A DNA stretch of 64,000 nucleotides, taken from positions 776,017-840,016 of the forward strand of contig JADJGA010000003.1 of NCBI GenBank assembly GCA_016708265.1, read 5' to 3'. How positions within the stretch are numbered: position 1 is the first letter of the stretch; every line of letters starts with the position of its first letter. A program made the translations under genes and the position numbers. The notes under the pieces are model-generated. The model ran no database searches. It was given only the letters and a program-made list of their open reading frames with translations, and was not told the origin of the DNA. This document shows, piece after piece, positions 1 through 10,052 of this stretch. Source of the stretch: Saprospiraceae bacterium. Lineage in GTDB: Bacteria > Bacteroidota > Bacteroidia > Chitinophagales > Saprospiraceae.

Positions 1-2
1 TG

Positions 3-242
3 CTTCAGTTCATACAGCATGCTGAGGGTTATGTCAATTATCTGAATGCCGGAGGAGGTAAATACAATTATGTATTTAATTATCTGGATCATCTGGGCAA
101 TGTGAGAGCCAGTTTTGCTAAGGATCCGGCTACTGGTCTTCCCAAAATCCTGAAGGAAAACCATTATTCGGTCGTTGTTGGTGTTTTCACCGACAACAAT
201 CCTGATCTTCACAATAATGCCTATATTTTCAAAAATTTGTAA
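3..242 (+). CDS. C-terminal fragment of an unknown protein (5'-partial; gene continues upstream of the window)
   Basis: Open frame of 80 codons from the window edge to TAA at 240-242; normal amino-acid composition; no start codon inside the window. Confidence 0.35.
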   Translation, partial: LQFIQHAEGYVNYLNAGGGKYNYVFNYLDHLGNVRASFAKDPATGLPKILKENHYSVVVGVFTDNNPDLHNNAYIFKNL

Positions 243-797
243 CAGTTACCAAATACGCTTGTTCAAATTGTAGCTTAAATACTGACATTATTTTCATTGA
301 ATATCATTTACAAAGCAACAACTTATTTTCAATTCTTAACTTGTTTAAAATATAGAAATTCAGTCGTTGTTTGTGTTTTCACCGACAACAAGTCAGTGGC
401 ACAATTTCCTCAATTCATTATGGCAATGCCTATCGATTCATAAACTTGTAACCTTGATGAAATACGCTTGTTTTAAAAAACGCAATAATCATGATAAAGT
501 TATTGATAATTAAAACTTTAATCTTTTTTCTTGTTACTTTTTCTTTTAATCGATCGTAAATACTAAAACGCTGGAAATTTTACCATATTTTTTCATTCTT
601 TAATATTTTGAAAAGCTTTAAAATTCAGTTTCCACAATGAAAAAGTTATTTTCATTATTGAAATGACATGTTTTCAATACTTAAATTCATTATCAAATAA
701 AAAAAATTAAAATTTCTGAAATTTTTTTGAACAATAACTTGTTATATATTATTAATTATTATAATTTTACATTTATTTTACAGACAAAATTATTCCT

Positions 798-1394
798 ATG
801 GAAAGAATTTTAAAAATATTGATAATCAGTATTATTTCTTTTTTAATTGCTCTTTGGGTTATCACCGGCGTAAATTCCTGCAATGACAAAAAAGTTGATC
901 AGCTCGCTGAGACGGAAACCGATACTACCACTATGACAGGAGATACAGTTGAGCTGGCTGATGATATTTTCAGCGATGAGGTTGGCACGGATACAGATGC
1001 CATATCGAATACCGTTGCTCAAAACAACACTGCTGATAATTCTGAATTGACCAATTATGTCGGAGATGAAGAACCGACGGCAAACGATGAAACAGTTGTA
1101 AAATCTGAACCAAAAAAAGAAGAATCAAAAAAAATTGCTGAATCAAAACCGGGTACTTCATCCAGACCTTACTTCATCGTCGCAGGTAATTATATCGACA
1201 AAAGCAACGCAGATGTGATGAAAAGAAAACTTCAGAAGCTGAATTTCAACAATGCCGAAGTTGTAAATTTTGATCTGTCTCAGTACTTCACTGTGATTGC
1301 CGGAAGATATAATACTCAATCTGAAGCAGATAATCTGGCATCAAAGCTAAAAAACAAAGGTATTGATTGTTATGTAAAGAAAAGGCAAAACTGA
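798..1394 (+). CDS. Membrane-anchored SPOR-domain protein
   Basis: N-terminal TM helix; acidic low-complexity linker; C-terminal ~75 aa matches the SPOR (sporulation-related repeat) fold pattern (RPYFIVAGNY...FTVIAGRY...). Confidence 0.65.
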   Translation: MERILKILIISIISFLIALWVITGVNSCNDKKVDQLAETETDTTTMTGDTVELADDIFSDEVGTDTDAISNTVAQNNTADNSELTNYVGDEEPTANDETVVKSEPKKEESKKIAESKPGTSSRPYFIVAGNYIDKSNADVMKRKLQKLNFNNAEVVNFDLSQYFTVIAGRYNTQSEADNLASKLKNKGIDCYVKKRQN

Positions 1395-1396
1395 CA

Positions 1397-2104
1397 ATGT
1401 GCGGAAGGGCAAGTCTGACCAGAAATGAAAAAGAACTTGAAGACAGGTTTGGTTCTTCATTTTACAGCGAAGATATAGAACGGTACAATCCCGTTCCAAA
1501 TTACAATATTGCTCCCGGACAATTTTTACCGCTTATAACAAACAGCGACCCCGGCCATTTCAATATTTTTAAATGGGGATTGATCCCATTCTGGTCCAAA
1601 GACTCAAAATCAGCATATAAGCTCATTAACTCACGAGCTGAGACCCTTGAACAAAGTTCCGTATTCAAAAGTGCATTCCAGAGGAGAAGATGCCTTATTC
1701 CACTTGATGGGTTTTATGAATGGAAGATAAACGGAAAATCAAAAATACCATACAGAATTGTAAAGTCGGATTACAGTATTTTTTCTGCTGCAGGAATCTG
1801 GGAAAACTGGAAAACGCCGGAAGGAAATGAATTATTTACTTTCAGCATTATAACGGTTGAAGCAAATGAAACTGTCGCAAGACTTCATAACCGGATGCCA
1901 GCAATACTTTTTGCAGACGAAGAGAGATTTTGGATTGATGACAACATAACACTCAAGGAAGCCGGTTCATTATTGAAGCCCTATCCTTCTGAACTTATAT
2001 TTGCATATCCTGTTTCACAAAAAGTGAACAATGTGAGAAATAATACACCCGATCTATTAGTTGAAATATCCGAAGATCCGGTATCTCAGGGTAAGTTGTT
2101 TTAA
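1397..2104 (+). CDS. yedK: SOS-response-associated peptidase (SRAP/YedK, DUF159)
   Basis: Starts MCGR (Cys2 nucleophile hallmark of SRAP); motifs YNIAPGQ, WGLIPFW, PLDGFYEW; real start is an internal ATG of ORF 1367..2104. Confidence 0.85.
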   Translation: MCGRASLTRNEKELEDRFGSSFYSEDIERYNPVPNYNIAPGQFLPLITNSDPGHFNIFKWGLIPFWSKDSKSAYKLINSRAETLEQSSVFKSAFQRRRCLIPLDGFYEWKINGKSKIPYRIVKSDYSIFSAAGIWENWKTPEGNELFTFSIITVEANETVARLHNRMPAILFADEERFWIDDNITLKEAGSLLKPYPSELIFAYPVSQKVNNVRNNTPDLLVEISEDPVSQGKLF

Positions 2105-2231
2105 ATTTATCGGGATATTGTTTCTTTTTAAAAAAATTGTAAAAAAAAACAAACAGTTAGTTAAAATATTGGTGCTAAATTGATATTTTTGTGGAAATAA
2201 TAACAGAACAATATTTTAAAAAAAATAATAT

Positions 2232-4184
2232 ATGAGTTATCTCGAATTCGATAAGACAAAGTTAATAAATCTCTCATTTTCATTAAATCAGGAATTGCTC
2301 AGATCGAACAGGAGCGGTTCCTATTCATCTACAACTCTAATATTCTGTAATACAAGAAAATATCATGGCCTTTTAGTGACACCTCAACCGATGATCGATG
2401 ACGAATTGCACGTATTGGTGTCCGGGATTGACCCTACAATCATTCAGCATGATGCAGAATTCCATCTCGGTATTCACAGGTATCCCGGAGGAAAATATTC
2501 TCCGAAAGGGCATAAATATATGCGCGAAATAATAATTGATTCTATCCCCAAGATAGTTTACAGGGTAGGTGGTGTAGTTTTCTCAATAGAAAGTCTTTTT
2601 GCTTCCAGTGCCGACAGAATGCTGATAAAATATACAGTCGAAGAGTGCAATTCCCCGACAACAATAAGACTTCAGCCATTTCTTGCTTTCAGGCAAAGAC
2701 ACAGACTGAGCAAGGCAAATAATTTTATTGACAAGACATTTAAGCCATCTAATAATGGTGTCAATTTCAAATTGTATCAGGGCTATACTCCGGTTCATTT
2801 TCAGTTTTCAAAAAATACTGAATATGTGCACACACCGGACTGGTATTACAATATTGAATATGAAAAAGAAAGAAACCGGGGGTACGATTTCATGGAGGAC
2901 CTTTTTGTTCCCGGATTTTTTGAATTCGGCCTCAAAAAAGGAGAAAGCATAATTCTATCCTTAGGAACTGATGAAATAAACCCTGCAGGATTGTCGAGGA
3001 TGTTCAATAAAGAAAAAGAACTAAGGAAAAAACGCTTCGATTTTAAAAGTTCACTTGAAAATGCTGCAGATCAGTTCATTCAGAGACGTGATGGCAAGAC
3101 TGATATAATTGCCGGATATCCCTGGTTTGGTGTGTGGGGAAGAGATACATTTATTTCATTGCCCGGATTAACTTTGAGTACAGGCAGATTTGACATTGCC
3201 AAAGCTGTTCTGGATACCATGAGCAAAAGACTCAATGGTCCCTTATTCCCGAATGTCGGTACTGACAGTCAGGCTGCATTCAATTCCATTGATGCTCCGC
3301 TGTGGTATTTCTGGGCCGTTCAGCAATATGCCTATGAAACAGGAAATTTAGAAGCAGTCTGGAAAAGCTATGGTTCAAAAATGCTGGCAATACTTGAAGG
3401 ATATAAAAATGGTGCAGAGTACAATATCAAAATGCATGAAAATGGACTGATAAGCGGTGGTATTCAGGGAAAAGCACTAACCTGGATGGATGCTGTAACT
3501 GAGGGCAAAGCAGTTACACCCAGAATAGGTATGCCTGTCGAAATAAATGTGTTGTGGTTCAATGCGATAAGTTTTTATCTTGAGCTGGCTGAAAAATATG
3601 GTAAACAGAAAACCTTGACAGCATGGAAAGAAATACTTGAGAAGATCTCAAAATCATTTACTGAAACTTTCTGGGATGAGAATAAGGGATATCTCGCTGA
3701 TTATGTTGATGGTGAATACAAAAACTGGGATATACGGCCAAATATGATCTTTGCTGCTTCTCTCCCCTATAGTCCTGTTTCGGACTATATCAAGGCTGCA
3801 ATAGTGAATAAGGTAAAGGAGGAATTACTGACAGTCAGAGGCCTGAGAACATTGTCTCCAAGCAATCCCGAATATAAGGGAGTATATGAAGGAGATCAAA
3901 GCACCAGAGATAAAGCTTATCATCAGGGTACAGTATGGCCATGGCTTTTCGGACACTATGCCGAAGCATATCTGAAAATAAGAAAAAAAAGCGGCATTCA
4001 TAAAATGGAATGGTATCTTGAGCAATTTGAACAGACTATGTATGAACACGGTATAGGTACAATTTCAGAAATATTCGACGGTGATCCCCCTCATACTCCA
4101 AGAGGAGCCATATCACAGGCATGGAGTGTAGGTGAAATACTAAGAGTGATGAGTATCATTGAGAAAGTGAAAAGTGAAAAGTGA
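2232..4184 (+). CDS. Glycogen debranching enzyme (amylo-alpha-1,6-glucosidase, GDE_N + GDE_C)
   Basis: 650 aa; GDE_C-type motifs GYPWFGVWGRDTFISLPGL and (alpha/alpha)6 barrel region; syntenic with other alpha-glucan genes. Confidence 0.85.
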   Translation: MSYLEFDKTKLINLSFSLNQELLRSNRSGSYSSTTLIFCNTRKYHGLLVTPQPMIDDELHVLVSGIDPTIIQHDAEFHLGIHRYPGGKYSPKGHKYMREIIIDSIPKIVYRVGGVVFSIESLFASSADRMLIKYTVEECNSPTTIRLQPFLAFRQRHRLSKANNFIDKTFKPSNNGVNFKLYQGYTPVHFQFSKNTEYVHTPDWYYNIEYEKERNRGYDFMEDLFVPGFFEFGLKKGESIILSLGTDEINPAGLSRMFNKEKELRKKRFDFKSSLENAADQFIQRRDGKTDIIAGYPWFGVWGRDTFISLPGLTLSTGRFDIAKAVLDTMSKRLNGPLFPNVGTDSQAAFNSIDAPLWYFWAVQQYAYETGNLEAVWKSYGSKMLAILEGYKNGAEYNIKMHENGLISGGIQGKALTWMDAVTEGKAVTPRIGMPVEINVLWFNAISFYLELAEKYGKQKTLTAWKEILEKISKSFTETFWDENKGYLADYVDGEYKNWDIRPNMIFAASLPYSPVSDYIKAAIVNKVKEELLTVRGLRTLSPSNPEYKGVYEGDQSTRDKAYHQGTVWPWLFGHYAEAYLKIRKKSGIHKMEWYLEQFEQTMYEHGIGTISEIFDGDPPHTPRGAISQAWSVGEILRVMSIIEKVKSEK

Positions 4185-4350
4185 AAAGTGAATAATTGAA
4201 AATTGAAAATTTTGAGGCAAGTTGCAACAGTAGGCAATACAGTGAAGAGTGAAAAGTGAAGAGTGAAAAGTGAAAAGTGAAAAGTGAAAAGTGAAGAGTG
4301 AAGAGTGAAAAGTGAAGAGTGAAAAGTGAAGAGTGAAAAGTGAAGAGTGA
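4156..4350. repeat. Heptanucleotide microsatellite (GTGAARA)n, two blocks (4156-4190 and 4242-4350, about 16 units)
   Basis: Direct reading: gtgaaaagtgaaaagtgaaaag... and gtgaagagtgaaaagtgaagagtg...; overlaps the stop of the debranching enzyme and sits in the spacer to the next gene. Confidence 0.95.
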
Positions 4351-4590
4351 TAAGGTAGTAGACAACTGCAGGCAGAACTTACTGCTCAGTCATAAGTCGG
4401 GATTAAGTATACTTAAAACTGAAGACTGAAAATCTGCTGGGTTTTAACTTATAAATGATAGCTGATAATTGAAAAAATTTAGAAAAAAATAGTTTGCATG
4501 CTGATGAAACAGGAAAAATTTTATTTAAAATCCTGAAATCATCGGGAAGAATTAAAACACTGATCACAGATCACTGAAAAACTGAAAAAT

Positions 4591-5874
4591 ATGAAAGTAT
4601 TGATGTTCGGTTGGGAATTTCCGCCACATATCGCAGGAGGACTGGGCACTGCATGTTATGGCCTCGTAAAGGGTCTGATGAAAAGATCAGTCGATGTGAC
4701 ATTTGTAGTTCCAAAAGCCTTTGGTGATGAGGATAAGGATGTCAGGATCATAAATGCCAGCGATGTGACACTGAATATTTTCGATAAACATTTTATTGAT
4801 TTTCAGAAGAATCTTAAATATATGGAGATCAATTCAAGGTTGATACCATATCAGACTCCCGAAGAGTATTTCAGATTGCTGAATGCAGAGGAAAAAAGCA
4901 CAACCGAAGAAAATACATCGGTATTTTCAGCTTCCTATAAATTTGCTGGTGCTTATGGAAAAAATATCCTGGAAGAAGTTCAGCGATATGCCATGATAGC
5001 TGCAGAAATAGCAAACAAAGAACAATTTGATATCATTCATGCTCATGACTGGCTGACTTATGAAGCCGGAATTGCAGCAAAGAAAATAAGCGGGAAACCC
5101 CTGGTAGTGCATATACATGCCACTGAATTTGACAGGTCGGGAGAAAATGTAAATCAGATGGTATATGATATTGAGAGAAAAGGCATGGTAGCAGCCGACC
5201 GTGTAATTGCGGTCAGTCACCTTACCAGAAATATAGTTATAGACAGATATGGGATTGATCCTGAAAAAGTCAAAGTGGTGCATAATGCAGTTGAACCGGT
5301 TGAAAAAATGGATTTCTCGGAAGAGAAAAAAACTGTTGATGAAAAAATCGTAACATTTTTAGGAAGGATAACCTTCCAAAAAGGTCCGGAATATTTTGTC
5401 GAAGCATCAAATAAAGTGATGCAAAAAGACGGTAATGTCAGGTTTGTGATGGCCGGATCTGGAGATATGCTCGAAAAAATGGTTAAGAGGGTTGCCAAAG
5501 TCAGAATGGGAAATAAGTTTCACTTTACGGGTTTTCTTAAAGGCGATGATGTTGACAGGATGTTCGTATTGAGTGATGTCTATGTGATGCCCAGTGTCTC
5601 TGAACCTTTCGGTATCTCTCCGCTGGAAGCAATGAGATCAAATGTCCCAGTTATTATATCAAAGCAATCCGGGGTAGCTGAAGTTCTTAAATTCGCATTG
5701 AAAGTAGATTTCTGGGATGTGGATGCGATGGCAGATTATATTCATGCTCTGCTGCATTATGAGGGATTATCCAGGATGTTTATTAAATATGGTAAAGAAG
5801 AAGTTGATAATCTGAAGTGGGAAAATGCGGCAGTAAAAATTTCAGATATATATGAAAATACGTGTAGCATGTAA
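4591..5874 (+). CDS. Glycosyltransferase (GT4/GT5-like; possible alpha-glucan/glycogen synthase)
   Basis: N-terminal FPPHIAGGLGTACYGL resembles the KTGGL motif of GlgA-type synthases; GT-B fold E-x7-E region near the C-terminus; genomic context. Confidence 0.75.
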   Translation: MKVLMFGWEFPPHIAGGLGTACYGLVKGLMKRSVDVTFVVPKAFGDEDKDVRIINASDVTLNIFDKHFIDFQKNLKYMEINSRLIPYQTPEEYFRLLNAEEKSTTEENTSVFSASYKFAGAYGKNILEEVQRYAMIAAEIANKEQFDIIHAHDWLTYEAGIAAKKISGKPLVVHIHATEFDRSGENVNQMVYDIERKGMVAADRVIAVSHLTRNIVIDRYGIDPEKVKVVHNAVEPVEKMDFSEEKKTVDEKIVTFLGRITFQKGPEYFVEASNKVMQKDGNVRFVMAGSGDMLEKMVKRVAKVRMGNKFHFTGFLKGDDVDRMFVLSDVYVMPSVSEPFGISPLEAMRSNVPVIISKQSGVAEVLKFALKVDFWDVDAMADYIHALLHYEGLSRMFIKYGKEEVDNLKWENAAVKISDIYENTCSM

Positions 5875-6044
5875 GGTTTATGAAGGTTAAATTGTTTATG
5901 AGGTTTATAAAGTTTAGAAAGTTTAGAATGTTTAGAAGTAATAGTCAAACTGCAAATGATAATTTACGATCATACCTTTTCACCTTTCAGCCTAAAACTT
6001 TGCAACCATAAAAATAATTAAAAATAAATTAAAAAAATAGTGAT

Positions 6045-7247
6045 ATGAAATCCATTTGCTTATTTTTTCAGGTACATCAGCCATACAGATTGAGAAGATT
6101 CAGATTTTTTGATATCGGAAAAGAACCTGAATATTTTGATGATTTTCAGAATAATTATATATTGAAGAGAGTAGCAGAAAAATGCTATCTTCCTATGAAT
6201 AAGCTGCTCCTGGATCTTATAAAAGAATTCGGTTCACAGTTCAGGGTAAGTTTTTCAATTTCAGGTACTGCTATTGATCAGTTTGAGGAATACTATCCCG
6301 AAGTACTGGACAGCTTTAAGAAGCTTGCTAAAACCGGATCAGTAGAATTCCTTGCCGAGACAAACTCGCACTCACTGGCTTCACTGAAGAATAAGGAGGA
6401 ATTTTTTGCTCAGGTTAGTGCACACAAAGACAAAATCACAAAACTGTTTGGCAAAGCTCCGAAAGTATTCAGAAATACTGAAATGATCTATTCCGATGAG
6501 ATCGGGGCAATGGTAGCAGAAATGGGTTTCAGCGGGATGCTGACCGAAGGAGCCAAACATGTACTGGGCTGGAAATCTCCCAATTTCCTGTATACCAATG
6601 CTATCAATCCCAAACTGAAAATAATGCTGAGGAATTTCAGACTCAGTGACGATATTGCGTTCAGATTTTCAGAAAAAGGATGGAGTGAATGGCCACTTAC
6701 CGTAGAAAAATTTGTAGGATGGATGAAAGACCTGGGAAAAGATGAACAGGTGATCAATCTTTTCATGGATTATGAAACCTTTGGTGAACATCAGTGGGTT
6801 GATACCGGAATATTTGATTTCATGAAGGCACTTCCGGCAGAAGTATTCAAAAATTCGGATTTCACTTTCAATACTCCCGGAGAAATTATCGAAAAATACC
6901 AGCCAATATCAAAAATACATGTGCCCTATCCTATTTCATGGGCAGATGAAGAAAGAGACCTGACTGCATGGCTTGGGAATGAACTACAGGACGATGCTTT
7001 TGACAAATTATTTGAACTCGAACCACTTGTGAAAAAGTGTACTGATAAATCCATCAAAGAAAACTGGAGACACCTTCAGACAAGTGATCATTTCTACTAC
7101 ATGTGTACAAAATGGTTCTCGGACGGTGAGGTCCACAAGTATTTCAATCCCTATGGCTCACCATATGATGCATATATCAACTACATGAATGTACTTTCTG
7201 ATTTTGAGATAAGGGTGAAAAAATGCTCAGGGAAAAAGGGCAAATAG
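6045..7247 (+). CDS. Glycoside hydrolase family 57 protein (alpha-amylase/4-alpha-glucanotransferase type)
   Basis: N-terminal FFQVHQPYR motif typical of GH57; 400 aa; alpha-glucan gene context. Confidence 0.8.
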   Translation: MKSICLFFQVHQPYRLRRFRFFDIGKEPEYFDDFQNNYILKRVAEKCYLPMNKLLLDLIKEFGSQFRVSFSISGTAIDQFEEYYPEVLDSFKKLAKTGSVEFLAETNSHSLASLKNKEEFFAQVSAHKDKITKLFGKAPKVFRNTEMIYSDEIGAMVAEMGFSGMLTEGAKHVLGWKSPNFLYTNAINPKLKIMLRNFRLSDDIAFRFSEKGWSEWPLTVEKFVGWMKDLGKDEQVINLFMDYETFGEHQWVDTGIFDFMKALPAEVFKNSDFTFNTPGEIIEKYQPISKIHVPYPISWADEERDLTAWLGNELQDDAFDKLFELEPLVKKCTDKSIKENWRHLQTSDHFYYMCTKWFSDGEVHKYFNPYGSPYDAYINYMNVLSDFEIRVKKCSGKKGK

Positions 7248-7349
7248 AATAACCGGAACCTAAGTTTTTTAAGAAATCGTGGGATTAAAAAGAGAAAAAA
7301 TCCATTTACTGCCGATCGTAGCGGTAATGCTTAATGAGTCATTTTATCC

Positions 7350-7395
7350 TGCAGCCGTGACGCAAAAAACTAATCCAAAATGTACTTTTAAGACC
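7350..7395. repeat. Truncated copy of the intergenic repeat family (palindrome-proximal part only)
   Basis: ccgtgacgcaaaaaactaatccaaaatgtactttt aligns with ccgtgacgcactacgcttttccaaaatacaatttt in the full copies. Confidence 0.5.
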
Positions 7396-7427
7396 TGATG
7401 AAAAAACTTACCAGGTTTTGAAAACCC

Positions 7428-7700
7428 CTTGATCGTCACGGTTTGCAACCGTGACGCACTACGCTTTTCCAAAATACAATTTTCCATCACTTACATTGAT
7501 TATCAAATACAAATGTAAATAAATTCTCCTGGCAAATGCAATTTTTATTCTGAATTTTTATGTATCAAGTTTGCAGCAAGAGGACAGAGCTTGTGCCGCA
7601 TCTGCGGTAAGTCCTTTGGTGCGGAGACTGCTCCGTGATAAAGATCTTATCGGTACCATTTAAAACCTTCCAACCCTTCTACCTTCCTACCTTCCAACCC
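7428..7700. repeat. Intergenic repeat, copy 1 (~270 bp; 23-bp perfect palindrome cgtcacggtttgcaaccgtgacg plus conserved GC-rich hairpins)
   Basis: Near-identical to 9667-10000 and 11788-12060 in the same orientation; lies 3' of T9SS gene 7726..9552. Confidence 0.9.
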
Positions 7701-7725
7701 TTTTACCCTCCAACCGTCATACCCA

Positions 7726-9552
7726 CTATTCCATCTTCACCACCTTCTCAGTTTTCATTATTTTATGCCCATCCATAAATACACAAAAATAAAACCCCGA
7801 AGATAGTTGAGACAAATCTACAACGTTCTGCCCGTAGTATAGCCTTTGTGATAAAACCTGCCTGCCTGAAATATCAGTTATTTTTATGTGCCCATTTTCA
7901 GGAATATATTCTCCGAGTGTCACCTGCAGGATATCCTCTATTGGATTTGGGTACAGACTTATATCTATTGCTTTATCCTCAGCAGGTTCATCAGATGCAC
8001 TTGTACTGATATTTATATTCCTGCATATTGTATTGTTGCTGTTTTCATTGCTTACTGTAAGGCAAACATTATAGCTTCCATTTTTCGGAAACCTGTGGTA
8101 TGGATACCTCTCTTCGACCACAGGACTACCATCACCGAAATCCCACCTCCACAGCTCCGGCCTGAAATATGACAGATCTGTAAATTTGATAAGCAGATGA
8201 TCGAGAGTATCAGCCTCATAGCGGAATTTTGCAACCGGATCATTGTCGAGACCGAGAGTATCGCAGGGAGAGTTGTCGAGTGGACCTGTACGATAGTTTG
8301 GGAAATTTGGAATGCCACGAGTTATCCCTGTTGGCATTATCAGTGAATGCTGTTTGACAACACAACTCTCACCTTCATGATATGGATGGTGTATTACACT
8401 CATCATGCGCGTACTGGCAGAACTTGGTGAAATATATATTCTTCCATCAGGTCCAAGTCCTAAAGCACAAAAATTAACAGAATAACCAAGAGGGGCTATG
8501 GTGTCAAATGGAAAGTAGTATTTATACCCATCATAAGTAGCCACCTTAGTTTCACTTGCCAAAACATCTTCTTGTTTCAAATCGTACTGATAAATAAAAT
8601 CCCTGTTGCACATAAACAAATATCTACTGTCATGAGAAAATGATATTCCAAAACCTAATCTGTAATTTGAAAGGTCAACATATTTTAATGCCGGATTGTA
8701 TATCTTTCCTGTGCATCTGTCGAATTTAGCAATAAAATGCTGACCTCCAGTTGAATTGAAGTTTCTGCTCACAAACCAACTAAGCCATTCCCCGTCAGGA
8801 GATCCATATATTTGCCCTATACCTTCTAAACCAGTTAAATCTGTTTCCTGTCTTCCCTGGTAATGTATTCCATCTGGATCTATTAGCCAAATATGGAGTG
8901 TATTTCCTGCTTTACGAGGAGCTATCAGCCACCAGTCCCTGCCATTACCATGTGATATTGCAGTTATACTGCCTGATAGTGAATCCTTAAGCATAACTAT
9001 ATCTTTTTTCAGAATTTTTCCCAGTTTGTCATCATCACTCACTTCAAACATAGCATAACTGATCTGGTATTGAACAAAAAATGGTTCATATCTGCCGAAA
9101 GTTGTATAAAAGGTATAAAATCGATTACTATTACCAGGAACAGGCATTATAATAGCCCCCTGAATTGTTAATAATCCTGATGGAATAGCTAAATTCATAT
9201 CTCCATCATTACAATACTCCCAATCATCACTATAATTGATTGTATCTTCAATTGGGTCATCAAACTGATTATATATAACCTGTCCATTTGTAAATGCAAG
9301 TATTTTTCCCTCACTATTACATAAACTCGAATTAGTAAATGAAAAATCTAAAAATCTATCTGGGGCATAATAAATCTTTGGAGGATCATAATTGAAATCT
9401 ATATTTGAAGCCCCTCTGGTAGTATCTGATGCCCGATCGGGAAGAATTACGTCATAAGGTTCTTGCCCAAATAGCCATATATGATCCTCCTTCTGGCAAA
9501 AAGCAAATATTCTTAAAAATAAAATTATGATAATCACTAAAATTCTTAACAT
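7726..9552 (-). CDS. Secreted protein with T9SS C-terminal sorting domain (paralog family A; NGRDWWLI motif)
   Basis: Signal peptide; C-terminal ~80 aa with the LYPNP...GFYF...KVVK pattern typical of Por/T9SS CTDs; paralogous to 26366..27892. Confidence 0.7.
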   Translation of the reverse strand: MLRILVIIIILFLRIFAFCQKEDHIWLFGQEPYDVILPDRASDTTRGASNIDFNYDPPKIYYAPDRFLDFSFTNSSLCNSEGKILAFTNGQVIYNQFDDPIEDTINYSDDWEYCNDGDMNLAIPSGLLTIQGAIIMPVPGNSNRFYTFYTTFGRYEPFFVQYQISYAMFEVSDDDKLGKILKKDIVMLKDSLSGSITAISHGNGRDWWLIAPRKAGNTLHIWLIDPDGIHYQGRQETDLTGLEGIGQIYGSPDGEWLSWFVSRNFNSTGGQHFIAKFDRCTGKIYNPALKYVDLSNYRLGFGISFSHDSRYLFMCNRDFIYQYDLKQEDVLASETKVATYDGYKYYFPFDTIAPLGYSVNFCALGLGPDGRIYISPSSASTRMMSVIHHPYHEGESCVVKQHSLIMPTGITRGIPNFPNYRTGPLDNSPCDTLGLDNDPVAKFRYEADTLDHLLIKFTDLSYFRPELWRWDFGDGSPVVEERYPYHRFPKNGSYNVCLTVSNENSNNTICRNINISTSASDEPAEDKAIDISLYPNPIEDILQVTLGEYIPENGHIKITDISGRQVLSQRLYYGQNVVDLSQLSSGFYFCVFMDGHKIMKTEKVVKME

Positions 9553-9666
9553 AAAATAGTTTTTTAAAAACTCAGACCTGTCAAAAAAAGTTAAACAGGC
9601 CTGAGTAAATGATTAAATTTCATCATTTGATCAAAATAAGCTTAGTAGAAGAAACGATTCTTTTTA

Positions 9667-10000
9667 CTTGATCGTCACGGTTTAAAACTGTGACGCACTA
9701 CGCTTTTCCAAAATAAAATTTTCCATCACTTACATTGATTATCAAATACAAATGTAAATAAATTCTCCTGGCAAATGCAATTTTTATTCTGAATTTTTAT
9801 GTATCAAGTTTGCAGCAAGAGGACAGAGCCTGTGCCGCATCTGCGGTAAGTCCTTTGCTGCGGAGAATGCTCTGTGATAAATCCCGAACAATTGTCGGGA
9901 CTGACCTCTTATCACAATGGCACTGCATTCCTTTGCTGCAAAGTACCGCTCCGTGATAAAGATCTTATCGGTACCATTTAAAACCATCCAACCCTGATAC
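9667..10000. repeat. Intergenic repeat, copy 2 (~330 bp; carries an ~80-bp internal insertion/duplication including a TCCCGAACAATTGTCGGGA hairpin)
   Basis: Aligns with copies 1 and 3; extra segment 9880-9960 is absent from the other copies. Confidence 0.9.
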
Positions 10001-10005
10001 CTTTC

Positions 10006-10043
10006 TATCTTAGTAAATCGTAATTCGTAATTGAAAATTCGTA
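10006..10043. repeat. Short tandem repeat (CGTAATTC-like units)
   Basis: aatcgtaattcgtaattgaaaattcgtaattcaaaacc read directly. Confidence 0.7.
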
Positions 10044-10052
10044 ATTCAAAAC

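Noticed and set aside
4156-4350. Possible CRISPR array
   Set aside because: Unit length is 7 nt with no spacers; CRISPR repeats are 24-48 nt separated by unique spacers. No cas genes in the window.
4156-4365. Minus-strand ORF (69 aa, MSTTLSLFTFHSSLFTLHFSLF...)
   Set aside because: Pure translation of the (GTGAARA)n microsatellite; periodic low-complexity peptide, not a gene.
7590-7690. Short ORF inside the intergenic repeat (minus strand, ~32 aa, MVPIRSLSRS...)
   Set aside because: The three repeat copies differ by indels that change the frame and the peptide; conservation is at nucleotide/structure level only.
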